A stretch of DNA of 64,000 bases, taken from the NCBI GenBank assembly GCA_964487775.1, contig CAZASH010000001.1:403565-467564 (forward strand). The letters are read 5' to 3'. Below the pieces are notes generated by a model. It was not told the origin of the DNA and made no database searches. It saw nothing but the letters and a program-made list of their open reading frames with translations. This document shows positions 29,499-38,858 of the stretch, piece after piece; within the stretch, counting starts at the first letter, position 1, and the number at the start of each line of letters is the position of its first letter. The stretch comes from an uncultured Ruminococcus sp. Lineage in GTDB: Bacteria > Bacillota > Clostridia > Oscillospirales > CAG-382. The translations under genes were made by a program, and so were the position numbers.

Positions 29499-29590
29499 CA
29501 GATTAATTGCAAAATTATTGTAACCCCCTTTTATTTTTGCGCAAACCGTGATATAATGCTTTTTGCTATATAGAGATAGAGGTTATTTTT

Positions 29591-30961
29591 ATGCACATCA
29601 ATGATCTGCCAAGGCACAAAAAAATATATTTTCTCGGCATAGGCGGCATAAGCATGTCCTCGCTCGCTCATATTCTTATCGAGCAGGGCTATGATATAGT
29701 CGGCTATGACCGCGCAAAAAGCGAGCTGACATCGATGCTCGAGGGGCTCGGTGCGGTCATTTGGTATGACGGCGCCGACTGCGACCTATCCGACGTCGGT
29801 GCGTGCATCTATTCCGCCGCATTTGGGGCAGAGCATCCGCAGATGCTGGCAGTGACGGAACGCGGCATACCCACCTATTCGCGTGCCGAATTATTGGGGG
29901 CGATAGCTCGCGGCTTTGACTGCTCGATAGGCGTTGCGGGCACTCACGGCAAGTCGTCGACCACGGCAATGATATATTCTATGCTCTGCGCCGACGGTTC
30001 GTCACCCTCGGTGCTTGACGGCGCTGTCATCAACAGTCTCGGCACGCAGTATCACATAGGCAACAGCGGCAAGCTGGTGTTTGAATGCTGCGAATATAAA
30101 GACTCGTTTTTATCGTTCTGTCCGCACATAGCGGTGGTACTCAATGTCGAGCTCGATCACACAGATTATTTTCATTCGATAGAGCAGATGCGCTCGTCGT
30201 TTGCTGAGTTCATGAGCAACACAGGCAATGACGGCTGCGCAGTGGTCAACCTTGATTCCGACGAAGCGATGAAGGCTGCCGAGGGCTATGAGGGCAAGTT
30301 GATAACCTTCTCTTTGTCAGGCAACAGGAATGCCGATTGCTATGTCACGCATTGCGAGTACGAGCATGGCAGGGCGATCGATTACAGCGTTGTCTGCATG
30401 GGCAGGCATATAGACGGATTGCAGCTTTCGGTGCTCGGTCAGCACAGCGTAGCAAACTCGCTTGCAGCAATATGCTGCGGCGTGCTGTGCGGTCTTACCG
30501 ACGAGCAGATAAAATGCGGCATCGCCGCCTACAGCGGCATAGGACGCAGGTTTGAATACAAGGGCAGGTTCTGCGGCGCTGACGTATACAGCGATTATGC
30601 GCACCATCCCGACGAGATCAGGGTCACGCTCGCCACGGCGAAAGAGCTGGGCGCAAACAGAGTCGTCACCGTGTTCCAGCCACACACCTATTCGAGGCTG
30701 CATGACCTGTTTGACGGCTTTTGCGAGGCATTCGGTGACAGCGACCTCACAGTGTTCGCCGAGACCTTTTCTGCACGTGAGACGAACGTCTCGGGTATCT
30801 CGCCTGCCGACCTTTGCAAGCGTGTCAAGAACTCGATTTATCTGCCGACGTTCGACGAAATAGAGGCTTATTTGGCAAAAAATTTGCTGCCCGGTGATGT
30901 TTTGGTCATAATGGGCGCAGGTGACATCGACAACCTTTGTAAAATAGCGCAAAAAGAGTAA
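29591..30961 (+). CDS. murC: UDP-N-acetylmuramate--L-alanine ligase
   Basis: FLGIGGISMS and GTHGKSSTT (Mur ligase P-loop); 456 aa. Confidence 0.95.
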   Translation: MHINDLPRHKKIYFLGIGGISMSSLAHILIEQGYDIVGYDRAKSELTSMLEGLGAVIWYDGADCDLSDVGACIYSAAFGAEHPQMLAVTERGIPTYSRAELLGAIARGFDCSIGVAGTHGKSSTTAMIYSMLCADGSSPSVLDGAVINSLGTQYHIGNSGKLVFECCEYKDSFLSFCPHIAVVLNVELDHTDYFHSIEQMRSSFAEFMSNTGNDGCAVVNLDSDEAMKAAEGYEGKLITFSLSGNRNADCYVTHCEYEHGRAIDYSVVCMGRHIDGLQLSVLGQHSVANSLAAICCGVLCGLTDEQIKCGIAAYSGIGRRFEYKGRFCGADVYSDYAHHPDEIRVTLATAKELGANRVVTVFQPHTYSRLHDLFDGFCEAFGDSDLTVFAETFSARETNVSGISPADLCKRVKNSIYLPTFDEIEAYLAKNLLPGDVLVIMGAGDIDNLCKIAQKE

Positions 30962-30969
30962 AAAAGGGC

Positions 30970-30998
30970 TTGACAAAAGCGCAAAAATGTTTTATATT
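30970..30998 (+). promoter_or_regulatory. Sigma-70-type promoter for rpmB
   Basis: TTGACA-17 nt-TATATT. Confidence 0.6.
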
Positions 30999-31043
30999 AA
31001 GGTGTTCGAAAAATTTGACTATTACAGATCGGAGGAATATACG

Positions 31044-31244
31044 ATGGCAAAATGTGATTACTGCGGCAAGGGCGTTACCTTCGGCTGCAATGTTTCTCAC
31101 TCACACAGAAAGACAAACCGCGAGTGGAAGCCCAATATCAGAAGGGTCAGAGTCACCGTCGGCGGCGAGACAAAAAGAGTTTATGTTTGCTCGCGTTGCC
31201 TCAGAACAGGCATGAAGAACGGCACTATCAACAGAGCTGTTTAA
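31044..31244 (+). CDS. rpmB: 50S ribosomal protein L28
   Basis: MAKCDYCGKGVTFGCNVSHSHRKTNREWKPNI is the L28 family signature. ATG at 31044 is preceded by ggagga. Confidence 0.9.
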   Translation: MAKCDYCGKGVTFGCNVSHSHRKTNREWKPNIRRVRVTVGGETKRVYVCSRCLRTGMKNGTINRAV

Positions 31245-31266
31245 GTCTTTCGTTCTAATGTGAAAT

Positions 31267-31299
31267 AAAGGCTCTCGCTTTTGGCGAGAGCCTTTTGCT
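31267..31299. terminator. Intrinsic terminator between convergent rpmB and the GNAT gene
   Basis: aaaggctctcgc-ttttg-gcgagagccttt followed by a T-rich run. Confidence 0.7.
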
Positions 31300-31890
31300 T
31301 TATGCTTTTTGTTGTCTTTGCGAGAGGTATTCATCCTTCAAAAGGGCGTAATGCAAAATGTCGCGGTATTCACCCTTGACGAGCAGCTCCTGCCTGCAAA
31401 GCCCCTCATATTTAAAGCCGTGCGACTCGGCAAAATGCGCAGACCTCGTGTTGCCCTGCATTATGCGCAATTCGACTCGGTTTAATTCAAGATGGCAAAA
31501 GGCAAGCGAGAGCACGCGCTCGACCGCTTCGCCCATATACCCCCTGCCCTGATACTGCGGCGAAAGCACATAGCCAAGCTCGGCACGGTCATTGGGCGCA
31601 TCGACAGATGCAAACCCAACTGTACCTATAAGCTTGAGCGTTTCGCGGTGATAAACGCCCCAATCGGCGTACATTCCGCGCTTATACCTGTGCTGAAGCC
31701 ATTCTATCTGACCTCTCGACTCGTCGATATTGAGGTGCGGAGACCAGAGCAAATACTTTGAAGTGTCGTCGAGCGACGCATAGGCATACAGATCCCATGC
31801 GTCCTTCATCTCGACTTTTTTTAATACCGTGCGCCCTGCTGTCAGCATCGGAAGGTCGCGAAACACGTCGCGCATCGCCTTGTCATTCAT
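31300..31890 (-). CDS. GNAT-family N-acetyltransferase (RimJ/RimL-like)
   Basis: 196 aa with QGRGYMGEAV acetyl-CoA-binding (Q/RxxGxG/A) and the N-terminal pattern typical of Acetyltransf_3. Confidence 0.75.
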   Translation of the reverse strand: MNDKAMRDVFRDLPMLTAGRTVLKKVEMKDAWDLYAYASLDDTSKYLLWSPHLNIDESRGQIEWLQHRYKRGMYADWGVYHRETLKLIGTVGFASVDAPNDRAELGYVLSPQYQGRGYMGEAVERVLSLAFCHLELNRVELRIMQGNTRSAHFAESHGFKYEGLCRQELLVKGEYRDILHYALLKDEYLSQRQQKA

Positions 31891-32800
31891 TGCTGTTATC
31901 GGCCTTTTGTATAAAATCGCCCATGAGCAATTTTGCTATTTCAGAATCCTTGCTGAGTATTATGGTCTTTTGACCGCTCATAGATGCTTCGAGTGCGTCA
32001 AGGCCGCGTACAAACGAATAGAATTCGAGCCTGTCGGCATCGCGATATGCCTCGGCGAGAATGCGCATATATTCAGCCTCACCGTCGGCAACTGTTTTTT
32101 CGGCGTCGACCTTGGCGTTTGAAATGATGGTATTATATTCCTTGTCGACCTCGTTGATAATCTTAGCGGCCTCAAGCTCACCCTCTGCGGTATATTTTGC
32201 CGCTATCCTGTTGCGCTCTGAGATCATACGCTCGTAAACAGCATCCTCATTCATCTCGGGCAGGTCAAAGCGCTTGATCTTGACGTCGATTACGTTGATG
32301 CCGTATTCTGCTGCGGAATCACGCACATCGTCATATATAGAATCATAAATGTCGTTGCGCTCGTCGGGAGCGTCGAGGTTGATTATATCGTTCTGCTCGA
32401 GCGTGCTCATCTTGTTTTTGGTGGCGTTGTATGCGAGAACATCAAGTCTGCTCTCTGCCTCGGCAAGCGTTCCGAGCGTTTTTACGAATGTGAGAGGATC
32501 TGAGATCTGCCAGATGACATAGCTGTCGACCGTCATGCTCTTTTTGTCTTTTGTAATGACGTCGGACGGGCTGATGTCATAAAGCAATGCCTGCTTGGGA
32601 TAGGTTTTGATGCTGTCGATGAACGGGGTCTTGAAATGCAGGCCCGCCTCATCTGTGACAGAAATTATCTTTGAGAACCTGACGACGCAGGCATATTCGT
32701 TTTCGTTCACTTCATAAAAGCAGCCTGCCGCAATAGCTATCACGACTATTGCCAATACGACAAGCACGATCGCAAGGACTGTCTTCTTTTTGTTATTCAT
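31883..32800 (-). CDS. hflC: SPFH/band-7 protein, HflC-like protease modulator
   Basis: N-terminal TM helix plus SPFH domain. It is paired and overlapping (8 nt) with an HflK-like gene. Confidence 0.75.
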   Translation of the reverse strand: MNNKKKTVLAIVLVVLAIVVIAIAAGCFYEVNENEYACVVRFSKIISVTDEAGLHFKTPFIDSIKTYPKQALLYDISPSDVITKDKKSMTVDSYVIWQISDPLTFVKTLGTLAEAESRLDVLAYNATKNKMSTLEQNDIINLDAPDERNDIYDSIYDDVRDSAAEYGINVIDVKIKRFDLPEMNEDAVYERMISERNRIAAKYTAEGELEAAKIINEVDKEYNTIISNAKVDAEKTVADGEAEYMRILAEAYRDADRLEFYSFVRGLDALEASMSGQKTIILSKDSEIAKLLMGDFIQKADNSNE

Positions 32801-33821
32801 TGACGTTATCCCCCTTTGCGGTGTTATCGGTTTCTGAGGTTATAAGGCTCTCGAGCGGCAAAAGCTTTTGCACGCCGTTATCGCCTGTGTCGATATAGAC
32901 CTTGCAGCCGGGCAAGACCTTTTCGATGGTTTCATAATACATTCTGACCTTGGTTATGTCGGGATTGAGCTTGTATTGGTCATACATTGCGTTGAACATA
33001 GCGACCTGCTCAAGTGCCTCGTTGATGCGGCTCTGCTTGAGATATTCTGCGTTCTCACGCAATTTGTCCGCCTCTGATTCTGCCTCGGGCAAGCGGCGGT
33101 TTTTGTAGGCTTCTGCCTCGTTGAGCGCCTTTTCTGCGCCCTGGCGTGCAGTCTCGACCGCCTTGAATGCCGCACTGACAGACTCTGTGGGCGGCTCGGA
33201 ATCCTGAATATTTATGTCTGTGAGCGAAACGCCTATGTCATATTCGGCAAGCTCTTTGACTATCAGATCCTTGATGCTCTGCTGGATCTGCGCCTTGCCC
33301 TCTGTCAAAACAGAATCTATCTCGCACGAGCCGACAACGTTGCGTATCTGGCTCTGAGCAAGCACCTTGAGTATCGCCTCTGGCTGTGACGACGAGAAAA
33401 GATATTTTTGAGGATCGGTTATGCGATATGAAATAAAGAAATCGACGTTGACTATGTTATAGTCGCCGGTTATCATCTTTGATTCGTTCTCGACAAAGAC
33501 CGACTGACCGTTGGACTCGTTGACATAGCCGAGCTCGATGTGATGGCTGACCTCGGTTTCGACGAACGTGACCTTTTGCATACCAAACGGCAGCTTAAAG
33601 TGAAGTCCCGCCGCAGTCACCTCGGTGACCTTGCCAAAGGTCGTAACGACGCCGACCTCGCGATCTGCGACAGTATAGAAACTGCCCGAGAGCGCTATTA
33701 TCACGACTAAAATGACCGCCGCAATAATGATGATTTTTTTAATGTTTTTGCCATCCGCGTTCAGGCTCACATTGAAAGTGGGCTTTTTTGAGTTGTGCGG
33801 ACCGCTTGAATACTCTGCCAT
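32793..33821 (-). CDS. hflK: SPFH/band-7 protein, HflK-like protease modulator
   Basis: N-terminal TM helix, SPFH domain and C-terminal coiled region (EAEAYKNRRLPEAESEADKL). Confidence 0.75.
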   Translation of the reverse strand: MAEYSSGPHNSKKPTFNVSLNADGKNIKKIIIIAAVILVVIIALSGSFYTVADREVGVVTTFGKVTEVTAAGLHFKLPFGMQKVTFVETEVSHHIELGYVNESNGQSVFVENESKMITGDYNIVNVDFFISYRITDPQKYLFSSSQPEAILKVLAQSQIRNVVGSCEIDSVLTEGKAQIQQSIKDLIVKELAEYDIGVSLTDINIQDSEPPTESVSAAFKAVETARQGAEKALNEAEAYKNRRLPEAESEADKLRENAEYLKQSRINEALEQVAMFNAMYDQYKLNPDITKVRMYYETIEKVLPGCKVYIDTGDNGVQKLLPLESLITSETDNTAKGDNVNE

Positions 33822-33848
33822 TGGCTGTACCTCCGTTATTTTTTAGAT

Positions 33849-33877
33849 ATTATACAATACACGGGCGGGCATTGCAA
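33849..33877 (-). promoter_or_regulatory. Sigma-70-type promoter for hflKC
   Basis: Minus strand reads TTGCAA-17 nt-TATAAT. Confidence 0.6.
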
Positions 33878-33908
33878 GCATTTTTTGCGCAAAATGTCGT
33901 ATTGCATA

Positions 33909-33937
33909 TTGACATTATCGGGTTTTCGTTGTAAAAT
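33909..33937 (+). promoter_or_regulatory. Sigma-70-type promoter for the 817-aa lipoprotein gene
   Basis: TTGACA-17 nt-TAAAAT. Confidence 0.6.
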
Positions 33938-34008
33938 TAAGATGCTTGCTAATATAGCCGAAATAGCCGATCTAAGTTTTCGGCTATAGCACAATAGGAG
34001 GATACCAC

Positions 34009-36462
34009 ATGAAAAACAGACGACTTGTCAGCCTCGGCATACTTTTTATAGTTTTTGCCATGCTGATGCCCACACTCGCTTCGTGTACCCAAGAGGCCGA
34101 CTATACCGAGGTTGCCGCACCGGTCTATACGATCTACTCGATAAAGAGCGACGACACCACCGACGAGGCAATCAGAGCCGTTGAGCTCGCGATCAACCGC
34201 ATCATATTCTATCGCCTCGGCGTCTGCGTCAAGCTGATGCTTTATACAGCAGATGAATACGAAGCAGCGATCGAAGCCAAGTTTGCAGAGCTCGAAGCTT
34301 ATAAAGAAGAGCAAGAAGCAAACAAAAAGAACAACAAAAACGAGTCATCCGACGAGTCCGCTTCTTCAGGCACCTCTGATGTTTCAGAAGAAGTGCTCAC
34401 CGGCGAAAAAATATTAGAAAACTTAGAGAACGGCATTGATACCGAGCTCGAGGCTCCGCGCCTTGACATATTCCTGATCAGAGATTTTGACACCTATGTC
34501 AAGCTCGCATCCGAGAAGAAGCTTGCCGCTCTCGATGAGAAGCTTTCGAGTGAAGCAAAGCTCATCAAGGACTATGTGCACCCCTATTTCTTCCAGGCTG
34601 CCAAGTACAACGGCAAGACCTATGGCGTGCCCTGCAACTCGATAATCGGCGAATATCGCTATATTGCATTCGACAAAGAATTGCTTGACAAATACAACTA
34701 TGACGCACAGACCATGTGCTCTGTCAGCGACCTGCAGGAATACCTCGCGCTTATCAAAGCGAACGAGCCCGACATCATTCCTTTGCAGAGCGCAACCGAC
34801 TCGAGCGACTATGCGTTCATGTTTGAGAACGGCTTTGCAACCTATGTCGATTCGACCGGACACGTTCTCTCATCTTATGAAGATCCGGGACTGCTCAGCT
34901 ATCTCGCAATGATCGCACGTTACAACGCACTCGGCTATTTCAGCAATTCCGAGGGCAAGACCGCAGAGACGGATCCCGACACCAGATTTGCAGTCACCTT
35001 CGTTGACGGCGACTCGACTGCTCTCGATAAGCTCGAGGCTCAGACCGGCCGTGAATACGACCACAACATCTATCAGGTTCCCACCGCTACCAACACCAAC
35101 ACCATCAGCTCGATGCTCTGCGTGAGCAGCTATTGTGTTTCTAACGAGCTTGACGACGTTGCAAAGCTGCTTTCGATGCTTTACACCGACGTTGACCTGC
35201 AGAATCTCTTGGCTCACGGCATCAAGAACGAGCATTATACGCTTGACGACAACGATCAGGTCGTCAAGATCAAGGATGTTGACGGCAACGCATATTCTGT
35301 CGACAGACTTTATGCAGGCAACCAGTTCATTTCGACCACTCTCGCAGGCGAAGACAAAGAGATGTGGGAGGCTGCAAAGCAGCAGAACCGTGATGCAGTC
35401 ATCTCCAACACCCTCGGCTTCAGCGTCGAGCAGTCGTCCTTCACCTATACGATCAAGGATGAGAACGGCAAGAATAAGAAGATCACCGTTTACGAACCTG
35501 ATTACTGCGAGATACTCAGTGAAGTCATCAAAAAGCACTACCCCACCCTCATGCAGGGCAAGGCAGTTGACTTTAACATCGAAGAGTTCACCACCAAGGC
35601 AACCGAAACAGTTTATGAGAACATTCGCAAGACTCTGACCGACGAATTTGCAAACAAGCTCAAGATCGAAAAATCGGCTGAGATTTCTGCCGAATATGCA
35701 GAGACCGACGAAGCAAAAGATCTCTATCAGACCGCATACGATGCCATTATGGCGTCAATCAAGAAGTCTGTTAGAAAGCAGCTCAAGAACAAGTTCATCG
35801 CAGAGCTGACCGCTAAATACAAGGCTGAAGGCGTCGAAAAGACCTCAAAAGAGATCTCCGACGAGGCAGAAGCGATGGTTACCGACGAATTGGTCGAAGA
35901 GAACAAGTTCACCGGCTATACCGAAGAGCAGTTCTATGAGCTCGTTAACGCACAGTACAACCAGCAGGTCACCAAGAAGGTCAACACGCTGGTCAACGAA
36001 TATCTCGAGAGCGACGAATACAAAAAGGCGCTCACCGATTATGCAAGCACCCCCGAGTTCAACGCAGAAGTCGAAGCAAGATTTGCAAAATCCGGCAAAG
36101 AAGAGGTTGATGCCGCTATCGACACCAACATCGCCGAAAAGATCGGCGAGATCTCTGCTGAGATCATCGCTCAGTTCAACACCGAGATCGAAGCGGCTGT
36201 CAACAAGTTCGCTGACGAGACACTGCCTTTGCTGCTCGCAGACACCAAAGAGAGCTTCAAGGATTATACTAAAGATAAGCTGCTCGCAGAGATCGGCTAT
36301 TATAACGAAGAGTTTGAGACCGATGACGAGGGCAACACCGTCGAAGGCGCAGAGCCCACCTACACCGCAAAATTCGAATCTTATTTCGAGTTTGTATGGC
36401 AGGGCAAGATCAGAACGCAGTATTACAAAGCGTTCACCGATCCCGATGCAGCCAACGGCTGA
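34009..36462 (+). CDS. Large lipoprotein: solute-binding-protein-like N-terminal half plus long Glu/Lys/Ala-rich helical C-terminal half
   Basis: Lipobox MLMPTLASC. The segment DIFLIRDFDTYVKLASEKKLAALD...KYNGKTYGVPCNS resembles family-1 extracellular solute-binding proteins. No permease or ATPase genes are adjacent. Confidence 0.55.
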   Translation: MKNRRLVSLGILFIVFAMLMPTLASCTQEADYTEVAAPVYTIYSIKSDDTTDEAIRAVELAINRIIFYRLGVCVKLMLYTADEYEAAIEAKFAELEAYKEEQEANKKNNKNESSDESASSGTSDVSEEVLTGEKILENLENGIDTELEAPRLDIFLIRDFDTYVKLASEKKLAALDEKLSSEAKLIKDYVHPYFFQAAKYNGKTYGVPCNSIIGEYRYIAFDKELLDKYNYDAQTMCSVSDLQEYLALIKANEPDIIPLQSATDSSDYAFMFENGFATYVDSTGHVLSSYEDPGLLSYLAMIARYNALGYFSNSEGKTAETDPDTRFAVTFVDGDSTALDKLEAQTGREYDHNIYQVPTATNTNTISSMLCVSSYCVSNELDDVAKLLSMLYTDVDLQNLLAHGIKNEHYTLDDNDQVVKIKDVDGNAYSVDRLYAGNQFISTTLAGEDKEMWEAAKQQNRDAVISNTLGFSVEQSSFTYTIKDENGKNKKITVYEPDYCEILSEVIKKHYPTLMQGKAVDFNIEEFTTKATETVYENIRKTLTDEFANKLKIEKSAEISAEYAETDEAKDLYQTAYDAIMASIKKSVRKQLKNKFIAELTAKYKAEGVEKTSKEISDEAEAMVTDELVEENKFTGYTEEQFYELVNAQYNQQVTKKVNTLVNEYLESDEYKKALTDYASTPEFNAEVEARFAKSGKEEVDAAIDTNIAEKIGEISAEIIAQFNTEIEAAVNKFADETLPLLLADTKESFKDYTKDKLLAEIGYYNEEFETDDEGNTVEGAEPTYTAKFESYFEFVWQGKIRTQYYKAFTDPDAANG

Positions 36463-36481
36463 TAAGCAAAGCTAAAACAGA

Positions 36482-36514
36482 AGAGCAAGGAAGTCAAATT
36501 CCTTGCTCTTTTTG
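36482..36514. terminator. Intrinsic terminator between convergent genes
   Basis: agagcaaggaa-gtcaaa-ttccttgctct followed by ttttg. Confidence 0.75.
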
Positions 36515-36539
36515 TTGTTTACGATGCGATCCGCGAATT

Positions 36540-37061
36540 TCAATCAGCCAGCCGCTTGGCATAGACATAGCTGCTGAAACGAATGTCCATATTATATTTT
36601 TTAAACTCACTGCTCTTTTCGACATTAAAGCCGAACCTTTGCAGCAGGCGGTTTGACGGCAGGTTGTCGACAGCGACCTCTGCCCTGACTGTTTCTGTAC
36701 CTGCGTGCGAGAGCCAATCGAGCAAAAGCGAAACTATCTCAGTGCCAAAGCCCTGGCGCTGGCGGTCTTTGTGTACACAATAGCCTATGTCATAGTCGTT
36801 TCTGTCGACAGGAAAGATGCCCGCAGAGCCGATGCGCTCGCCTGTTTCGGCAAGCAAAACGACGAGATAATAGCCGTCAGTGCTGTCCTGAAGGGTGTTT
36901 AATATCGATTGATACGCTTCGTCGATATACTCGCGTGTCGGGTCCGACATATATTTGCCGTTCTCGGGGTCGAACCACATTTCGGCAAGAAAATCAAGGT
37001 CGGTCGCTTCATAATTTCTTATCACGATGCGCCCACCCATAAGAGGTGCGTTTAATTTCAT
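36540..37061 (-). CDS. GNAT-family N-acetyltransferase
   Basis: 173 aa with RQRQGFGTEIV (acetyl-CoA motif A); ATGA overlap with the malQ stop. Confidence 0.75.
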   Translation of the reverse strand: MKLNAPLMGGRIVIRNYEATDLDFLAEMWFDPENGKYMSDPTREYIDEAYQSILNTLQDSTDGYYLVVLLAETGERIGSAGIFPVDRNDYDIGYCVHKDRQRQGFGTEIVSLLLDWLSHAGTETVRAEVAVDNLPSNRLLQRFGFNVEKSSEFKKYNMDIRFSSYVYAKRLAD

Positions 37062-38596
37062 TCTGTATCTGTTCCTGTTTCTTCTGTTTCCGCCTCATCC
37101 TCTGAAGCCTTCAAGGATGCTTCGCGGTGATAAACGGCAGTTATCTCAAGCATTATGCCTGCGAGCCAATCGTTGACACAGCCAGGAGTAATGCGCCAGC
37201 ACCAGTTACCGCCGCCCGAGGTAGACGGCTTATTCATGCGTGCCTCGCTGCCAAGGCCTATAATATCCTGCATAGGAATAATGCAGGTGTCGGCAGGCGA
37301 CGCCATAGCGGTCTTTATCATGCCCCAAACCATGCCCTCACGGTCATTCAGGCGCATAAACATCTTGGCATACTCTACCGCAGCCCTGTCGCCGCTTTCG
37401 TTTAGCCAGCCCATGCAGGTGTCGTTGTCGTGCGTGCCTGTATAAACGACGCAGTTTTTGTCGTATTTATAAGGCAAATAGGTGCTGTCGGCATCAGGAT
37501 CGAACGCAAACTGCAGTATCTTCATCCCAGGGAAACCAGTTTGCTCGAGCAGCTCATAGACAGACGGCAAGAGCATTCCGAGGTCCTCGGCGATTATCGG
37601 CAGTTCGCCGAGCGCAGCAGAAAGCGCATCGAAGAGTTTCATTCTCGGACCGATGACCCACTCGCCGTCTGCGGCAGTTTTTGCATTTGCATCGACCGCC
37701 CAATAGGTGTCAAAGCCTCTGAAATGGTCAATGCGAACAACATCATACATCTGCATGGCGTGTCTGACGCGCGAGATCCACCATTTAAAGCCGTCCTTTT
37801 GCATATATTCCCAATCATAAAGCGGATTGCCCCAAAGCTGTCCATCCTCGCTAAAGCCGTCTGGCGGGCAGCCTGCAACACGCTTAGGGCGCATATTTTC
37901 GTCGAGTTCAAACTGCTTTGGTGAAGCCCAAAGGTCGGCGCTGTCGGCGGCAATATATATAGGAATATCACCTATTATCTTGATGCCTTTCGAATTTGCG
38001 TATGCCTTAAGCGCATTCCACTGCTTAAAGAACAGATACTGCACTATCTTGTTATAAAGTATCTCGCTCTTGCAGCTTTTATATGCTGCTTCAAGGCTTG
38101 CTTTGTCGCGAGTGCGCAGACCGTCATCCCATTCGTAAAACGCTTTGCCTTCGTTTTGTGTCTTGAGCGCCGCAAAAAGGCTGTAATCATTCAGCCAATA
38201 ATCGTTTTTGTCGCAGAAGTCCAAAAAATCACGGTCGCTTATGTCAAATCGTTCTGCGGCGATATGCAGAACTCGGCTGCGGTTTTGATATATCTTGCCA
38301 TAGTCGACTTTTGATATATCATCGCCCCAATCGAGCGTTTTATAGTCACGCTCGTCCAGGAGCCTGTCGGACTGCAATATATCGAGGTCGATAAAATAAG
38401 GGTTGCCCGCATATGACGAAACCGACATATACGGTGAGTCGCCGAAGCCCGTTGGGCACAGCGGCAATATCTGCCAATAGGTCTGCCCGCCATTATGCAG
38501 AAAGTCGACAAATTCATATGCCGCCTTGCCCAGCGTGCCTATTCCATATGGAGAGCTGAGCGATGAAATATGCATCAAAATGCCGTTTGTTCTCAT
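37058..38596 (-). CDS. malQ: 4-alpha-glucanotransferase (amylomaltase, GH77)
   Basis: GH77 blocks GDIPIYIA, RIDHFRGF, IIAEDLG and YTGTHDND; 512 aa. Confidence 0.9.
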   Translation of the reverse strand: MRTNGILMHISSLSSPYGIGTLGKAAYEFVDFLHNGGQTYWQILPLCPTGFGDSPYMSVSSYAGNPYFIDLDILQSDRLLDERDYKTLDWGDDISKVDYGKIYQNRSRVLHIAAERFDISDRDFLDFCDKNDYWLNDYSLFAALKTQNEGKAFYEWDDGLRTRDKASLEAAYKSCKSEILYNKIVQYLFFKQWNALKAYANSKGIKIIGDIPIYIAADSADLWASPKQFELDENMRPKRVAGCPPDGFSEDGQLWGNPLYDWEYMQKDGFKWWISRVRHAMQMYDVVRIDHFRGFDTYWAVDANAKTAADGEWVIGPRMKLFDALSAALGELPIIAEDLGMLLPSVYELLEQTGFPGMKILQFAFDPDADSTYLPYKYDKNCVVYTGTHDNDTCMGWLNESGDRAAVEYAKMFMRLNDREGMVWGMIKTAMASPADTCIIPMQDIIGLGSEARMNKPSTSGGGNWCWRITPGCVNDWLAGIMLEITAVYHREASLKASEDEAETEETGTDTE

Positions 38597-38610
38597 AAAG
38601 CCACCTAAAA

Positions 38611-38793
38611 TCAGTTTTGTTTTTTGACGGTATCATACTCGTTATAATATCTATAATACGGGCATTCATACCGTTTGCCGCTTGCCATGGCAGAATATTC
38701 ATCCTGGTCTATGTCGACGTCGCAATAGTACTCGTCGGCATAGTTGTCATAGAGATAATGTGCGCAGGTCGCGCACTGGTCAAATTCATTCAT
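38611..38793 (-). CDS. Small 4-Cys hypothetical protein (60 aa from the ATG at 38793; the ORF extends to 38841)
   Basis: MNEFDQCATCAHYLYDNYADEYYCDVDIDQDEYSAMASGKRYECPYY has CxxC plus two further Cys. ggtga lies 5 nt upstream of 38793, and no RBS precedes 38841. The stop is 14 nt upstream of malQ. Confidence 0.5.
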   Translation of the reverse strand: MNEFDQCATCAHYLYDNYADEYYCDVDIDQDEYSAMASGKRYECPYYRYYNEYDTVKKQN

Positions 38794-38858
38794 CTTGGTC
38801 ACCAAAAAACGTCCCCGGCGCGGATAATGCACCGGGGACATAAAACGCGCTGATGCGT

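Noticed and set aside
29440-29500. Possible vitamin riboswitch upstream of the ECF S-component gene
   Set aside because: The leader between the TTGAAA-16-TATAAT promoter and the RBS is about 25 to 30 nt, too short for any known riboswitch aptamer.
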